Assembly (NCBI GenBank): GCA_963812015.1
Contig: CAWETI010000002.1
Location: 1,440,001-1,504,000, forward strand
DNA: 64,000 nt
Reading direction: 5' to 3'
Source: an uncultured delta proteobacterium
GTDB lineage: Bacteria; Desulfobacterota; Desulfobaccia; Desulfobaccales; 0-14-0-80-60-11
This document shows, piece by piece, positions 57,723-64,000 of this stretch; the stretch's first letter is position 1; each line of letters starts with the position of its first letter. The notes beneath the pieces are model-generated. The model had not been told where the DNA came from, did not search any database, and saw nothing but the letters and a program-made list of their open reading frames with translations. Both the position numbers and the translations under genes were made by a program.

Positions 57723-58106
57723 ATGAGCATTTCACGTGCTGAGGTAGTCGACTACCTGGCCAATATGACGGTGCTGGAGCTTTCCACGCTCATCAAGGAG
57801 CTGGAAGAAAAGTTTGGGGTGTCGGCGGCGGCCCCGGTGGCGATGGTCGCGGCGGGCGGCGTAGCGGCGGAGGCGGCTCCGGCGGCGGAAGAGCAAACCG
57901 AGTTCGACGTGGTCCTGACGGTCTGCGGTCCTAACAAGATCCAGGTGATCAAGGAAGTCCGGGCCGTGACCAGTCTTGGCCTCAAAGAGGCCAAGGAAGC
58001 GGTGGAGAATGTGCCCACCACTTTGAAAGAAGCCATTTCCAAGGCAGAAGCTGAAGAAGTCAAGAAGAAGTTGGAAGCTCAGGGAGCTACCGTCGAAATT
58101 AAGTAG
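57723..58106 (+). CDS. rplL: 50S ribosomal protein L7/L12
   Basis: [35 protein letters not shown]. Confidence 0.98.
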   Translation: MSISRAEVVDYLANMTVLELSTLIKELEEKFGVSAAAPVAMVAAGGVAAEAAPAAEEQTEFDVVLTVCGPNKIQVIKEVRAVTSLGLKEAKEAVENVPTTLKEAISKAEAEEVKKKLEAQGATVEIK

Positions 58107-58140
58107 TCCCTGAACTTCGGCCATCCTTCAAGGAGTATCC

Positions 58141-61100
58141 ATGGCCAAAGCATTATCGCCTTTACGGGTGTATCGAAAGAACTTCGGCAAGATCGAGCGG
58201 GTGATGGACATTTCTAATCTCATTGAGATGCAGAAAGAGTCCTATCACCGCTTCTTGCAAAAAGACGTGGAACCTGAGGCGCGCTCGGATTACGGCCTCC
58301 AGGGAGTGTTCAAGAGCGTCTTTCCCATTCGGGATTTCAGCGGGGTCTGCTCCCTGGAATTCGTCGAGTACGGTTTGGGTGACCCCAAATACGACGTGGA
58401 CGAATGTCAGCAGCGGGGCATGACCTTTGAAGTGCCCATGAAGATACGGGTGCGCCTGGTGGTCCACGATCTGGGTCCGGACTCCAAAGTCCAGACCATC
58501 CGGGACATCAAGGAGCAGGAGATCTATTTCGGCACCCTGCCTTTAATGACCGAGCACGGCACCTTCATCGTCAATGGCACGGAGCGGGTGGTGGTGAGTC
58601 AGTTGCACCGTTCCCCCGGTCTGTTCATTGACCATGATCGGGCCAAGATTCACTCTAGCGGTAAAATCATCTACTCCGCCCGGTTGATTCCGCTCCGGGG
58701 CTCCTGGATCGATTTCGAGTTCGATCCCAAGGATATCCTCTACGTGCGCATCGACCGGCGGCGCAAGTTTCCCGCCACCATTCTCCTGAAGGCGTTGGGC
58801 TACTCGACGGAAGAGCTTCTTAACTTCTTTTATAAGACCCAGCGGGTGCATCTGGAAGGCGAGACCTTCCAGCAGGCCTTCGTCCCGGAGCTGCTGGTGG
58901 ACAAAACCACGACCACCGACATCCCCGATCCCAAGAGCGGGGATGTCCTGATCAAGAAGGGCAAACGGCTGACCCCGGCGTTGATTCAAAAAATGAAGCG
59001 GGCCGGGGTGGAGTCCATCAGCGGGAGCGCCAGCGACCTGGTGGGCCGGGTGGTGGCCCATGACATCCTGGACCCGGAGAGCGGCGAAGTTCTGGCCCAG
59101 TGCAACGAGATGCTGGCCCAGGATAAGATCGAGCAGTTGCAGGCCCGGGGCATCAAGGAGATCGACCTGCTGTTCATCGACGGGGTCAATACCAGCCCCT
59201 GTCTCAGGAACACCCTGGTGGCGGACAAGACCGGGACCATCAAAGAAGCCGTCCTGGAGATTTACCGCCGCTTGCGGCCCAGCAATCGACCCAACGACGA
59301 AGTGGCCACCAGTTTCTTCCAGAATCTCTTTTTTAATCCGGAATATTACGATCTGTCGCCGGTGGGCCGGCTGAAGTTGGACCTGAAACTCAGGCCTGAA
59401 GAAGAGCGTTTGCCTCTGACCAAGACCACCCTGGACAAAGAGGACATTCTCCTGGCGGTGCGGGAGCTCATCACCCAGAAGGACCGGGAAGGACCCGTGG
59501 ACGACATCGACCACCTGGGCAACCGCCGGGTCCGGGCCGTGGGCGAGCTGCTGGAGAACCAGTTCCGGGTGGGCCTGGTGAGGATGGAGCGGGCCATTAA
59601 GGAACGCATGGCCATCCAGGACCTGGACACCCTGATGCCCCACGACCTGGTGAACGCCAAGCCGGTTCAGGCGGTCATCAAGGAGTTTTTCGGCACCTCC
59701 CAGCTCTCCCAGTTCATGGATCAGACCAACCCCTTGAGCGAAATCACCCACAAGCGGCGTCTGTCCGCCCTGGGACCAGGGGGTCTGACCCGGGAACGGG
59801 CCGGGTTCGAGGTGCGGGACGTACATCCCACCCACTACGGCCGCATCTGTCCGATTGAGACCCCGGAAGGTCCCAACATCGGGCTCATCGTGTCGCTCTC
59901 CACCTTCGCCCGAGTCAATGAGTTGGGGTTCATCGAGACCCCCTACCGGGTGGTGGAAAAGGTGGAAAAGGGCGCCAAGGTGGGAACCCGGGTCACCAAG
60001 AAGATCCGGTATCTGAGCGCCCTGCAAGAAAGCGATAAGGTCATCGCCCAGGCCAACGCCCCCCTGGACGAGAAAGGCCGGTTTCTGACGGAGATGATCG
60101 AGGCCCGGAAAAGCGGCGAATACATTACCGCCAACCCCGCCCAGGTGGACTATATGGACGTGTCCCCCAACCAACTGGTGAGCGTGGCGGCCTCCCTCAT
60201 TCCCTTTCTGGAACACGACGACGCCAACCGGGCCCTGATGGGTTCCAACATGCAGCGCCAGGCGGTACCCCTCTTAACCAGCAGTTCGCCCTTGGTGGGG
60301 ACGGGCATGGAAGGCGTGGTGGCCCGGGATTCCGGGGTCACGATGGTGGCCCGGCGCCGGGGTTTTGTGGAGGACGTTGATTCCACCCGGATCGTCATCC
60401 GGGCGTCGGAGCCCGGCAAGGGGGGCAACGGCTCCCCGGTGGACATCTACAAACTGACGAAATTTCAGCGGACCAATCAGAATACCTGTTTCAACCAGCG
60501 TCCCATCGTGATCCCGGGGGACCTGGTGGAGAAGGGCCAGATCATCGCTGACGGTCCGGCCACCTCCATGGGTGAACTGGCCCTGGGCAAGAACGTCATG
60601 GTGGCCTTCATGCCCTGGGGCGGCTACAATTTTGAAGACTCCATTCTGGTGAGCGAGCGCTTGATCAAAGACGACGTCTTCACCTCGATCCACATCGAAG
60701 AGTTCGAAGTGATGGCCCGGGACACCAAGCTGGGCAAAGAAGATATCACCCGGGATATCCCCAATGTGGGGGAAGACGCGCTGGGCAACCTGGATGAAAG
60801 CGGCATTATCCAGCTGGGTTCGGAAGTGCGCCCCGGTGACATCCTGGTGGGCAAGATCACCCCGAAGGGGGAGACGCAGCTCACCCCGGAAGAGAAGCTG
60901 CTCCGGGCTATTTTCGGCGAGAAGGCCGGGGACGTGAAAGACACGTCGCTCAGGGTCCCCCCGGGGATCGAAGGCGTGGTGATCGACGCCCGGGTCTTTT
61001 CCCGGAAGGGCGTGGAAAAGGATGACCGCAGCCGCTCCATCGAAGATGAGGCGGTGGCCAAGCTGCAGAAGGACCAGGCCGACGAGATCGCCATCATCAC

Positions 61101-62298
61101 CCAGACCTTCCGCCAGAAGCTGAAAGACTTGGTGGTGGGCCAGAAGGTAGCCGACAACCTGGACGACGAGCGCACCGGCAACACCTTCATGCATGCGGGC
61201 GAGGCGGTGCCCCCGGAACTGGTGAACAAGCACGCCCTGGAATTCTGGCGCCACGTGTCCTTCCAGGAACCCGGCATCGAAGACCAGGTGGACCAGACCT
61301 TGGATCGCTACCATGACCAGATCCAGTTGGTGACCATGGTATTTGACGCCAAGCTGGGCCGGCTCCGGAAAGTGGACGAGCTGCCCCCCGGGGTAATCAA
61401 AAAGGTCAAGGTGTTCGTGGCCATGAAGCGGAAGCTGGCCGTGGGCGACAAGATGGCCGGCCGCCACGGCAACAAAGGGGTGGTATCCCGGATTATGCCG
61501 GAAGAAGACATGCCTTATTTTGCCGATGGCACGCCGGTGGACATCGTCCTCAACCCCCTGGGGGTCCCCTCCCGCATGAACGTGGGCCAGGTGTTGGAGA
61601 CCCACATGGGTTGGGCTTCCCATGCCCTGGGGAAAAGCATCGGCGAGATGATCGATAAATTCTACAGCCTGGATTCCATCCAGACCCGGCTGAAGCGGAT
61701 CCTCAATCCCGATGCCACCCTGGGCAAAGAGATCGATTCCCTGGATTACGACGAACTCCGGGAAATCTGGGCAAAACATTACCAGGACGGCATTCACATG
61801 GCTTCGCCGGTCTTTGACGGGGTAACGGAAGATGAGGTCGAGGCCTATCTGGCGGAGGCAGGGCTGCCCACCGGCGGCCAGGCGCGCCTGAGGGACGGCC
61901 GCTCCGGGGAGGAGTTTGACCGGGACGTGACCGTCGGGGTGATGTATATGATGAAACTCCATCACCTGGTGGCCGACAAGATCCATGCCCGGTCCATCGG
62001 CCCCTACTCCCTGGTGACCCAGCAGCCTCTGGGCGGCAAGGCCCAGTTCGGCGGCCAGCGTCTGGGGGAAATGGAAGTCTGGGCCCTGGAAGCCTATGGC
62101 GCAGCCTATACCCTGCAGGAATTCCTGACGGTAAAATCGGACGACGTGGCCGGCCGCACCCGCATGTACGAAAAGATCTTCAAAGGCGAATACGATTTGG
62201 AGGCGGGGCTGCCGGAATCCTTTAACGTCCTGGTGCGGGAGCTCAAGAGCCTGGCTCTTAATGTGGAGCTTCTGAAAAAGGACAAGGACAAGTCCTGA
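58141..62298 (+). CDS. rpoB: DNA-directed RNA polymerase beta subunit
   Basis: [48 protein letters not shown]. Confidence 0.99.
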   Translation: MAKALSPLRVYRKNFGKIERVMDISNLIEMQKESYHRFLQKDVEPEARSDYGLQGVFKSVFPIRDFSGVCSLEFVEYGLGDPKYDVDECQQRGMTFEVPMKIRVRLVVHDLGPDSKVQTIRDIKEQEIYFGTLPLMTEHGTFIVNGTERVVVSQLHRSPGLFIDHDRAKIHSSGKIIYSARLIPLRGSWIDFEFDPKDILYVRIDRRRKFPATILLKALGYSTEELLNFFYKTQRVHLEGETFQQAFVPELLVDKTTTTDIPDPKSGDVLIKKGKRLTPALIQKMKRAGVESISGSASDLVGRVVAHDILDPESGEVLAQCNEMLAQDKIEQLQARGIKEIDLLFIDGVNTSPCLRNTLVADKTGTIKEAVLEIYRRLRPSNRPNDEVATSFFQNLFFNPEYYDLSPVGRLKLDLKLRPEEERLPLTKTTLDKEDILLAVRELITQKDREGPVDDIDHLGNRRVRAVGELLENQFRVGLVRMERAIKERMAIQDLDTLMPHDLVNAKPVQAVIKEFFGTSQLSQFMDQTNPLSEITHKRRLSALGPGGLTRERAGFEVRDVHPTHYGRICPIETPEGPNIGLIVSLSTFARVNELGFIETPYRVVEKVEKGAKVGTRVTKKIRYLSALQESDKVIAQANAPLDEKGRFLTEMIEARKSGEYITANPAQVDYMDVSPNQLVSVAASLIPFLEHDDANRALMGSNMQRQAVPLLTSSSPLVGTGMEGVVARDSGVTMVARRRGFVEDVDSTRIVIRASEPGKGGNGSPVDIYKLTKFQRTNQNTCFNQRPIVIPGDLVEKGQIIADGPATSMGELALGKNVMVAFMPWGGYNFEDSILVSERLIKDDVFTSIHIEEFEVMARDTKLGKEDITRDIPNVGEDALGNLDESGIIQLGSEVRPGDILVGKITPKGETQLTPEEKLLRAIFGEKAGDVKDTSLRVPPGIEGVVIDARVFSRKGVEKDDRSRSIEDEAVAKLQKDQADEIAIITQTFRQKLKDLVVGQKVADNLDDERTGNTFMHAGEAVPPELVNKHALEFWRHVSFQEPGIEDQVDQTLDRYHDQIQLVTMVFDAKLGRLRKVDELPPGVIKKVKVFVAMKRKLAVGDKMAGRHGNKGVVSRIMPEEDMPYFADGTPVDIVLNPLGVPSRMNVGQVLETHMGWASHALGKSIGEMIDKFYSLDSIQTRLKRILNPDATLGKEIDSLDYDELREIWAKHYQDGIHMASPVFDGVTEDEVEAYLAEAGLPTGGQARLRDGRSGEEFDRDVTVGVMYMMKLHHLVADKIHARSIGPYSLVTQQPLGGKAQFGGQRLGEMEVWALEAYGAAYTLQEFLTVKSDDVAGRTRMYEKIFKGEYDLEAGLPESFNVLVRELKSLALNVELLKKDKDKS

Positions 62299-62305
62299 GG
62301 AATAG

Positions 62306-64000
<1,695 letters not shown>

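Noticed and set aside
60274..61986. Long antisense ORFs (570 aa here; also 58543-60216, 4452-5567, 376-1470, 53030-54052)
   Set aside because: Shadow frames opposite well-supported genes (rpoB, ispG, purB, tuf), as expected in GC-rich DNA.

Overview
Bacterial chromosome segment, GC-rich overall. Gene content (ispG, CooC, SelA, lptG, HU, Geobacter-type GEMM riboswitch) suggests an anaerobic diderm such as a Desulfobacterota member; this is an inference. The first ~46 kb holds mixed housekeeping, metabolic and transport genes: purB, two crotonase-family genes, ispG, dtd, ClC, iscU/iscS-like, prmA-rsmE, an M-box-controlled Mg locus, MscS, comEC, nfo, lptG, HU and selA. An AT-richer accessory stretch (~46.75-52.15 kb) follows, with a c-di-GMP-I riboswitch, three small unknown ORFs and Cache-domain sensor genes. 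The window ends with the conserved Thr-Tyr-Gly-Thr tRNA/tuf/rpmG/tRNA-Trp/secE/nusG/rplKAJL/rpoBC cluster. The most notable items are: (1) an IscS homologue lacking its PLP lysine and substrate arginine but keeping the persulfide-loop Cys, paired with an IscU carrying a Cys/His-rich tail; (2) an orphan JAB peptidase plus ThiF/E1 gene pair with no Ubl or E2 nearby; (3) a GEMM-I ON-switch over unknown ORFs, converging on a sensor with no output domain; (4) an M-box-regulated MgtE cytosolic-domain protein paired with an NRAMP-like transporter; (5) a 22-bp motif shared by the left edges of both AT-rich regions. All calls come from reading the sequence and ORF translations; no searches were run, and some start codons are best guesses.
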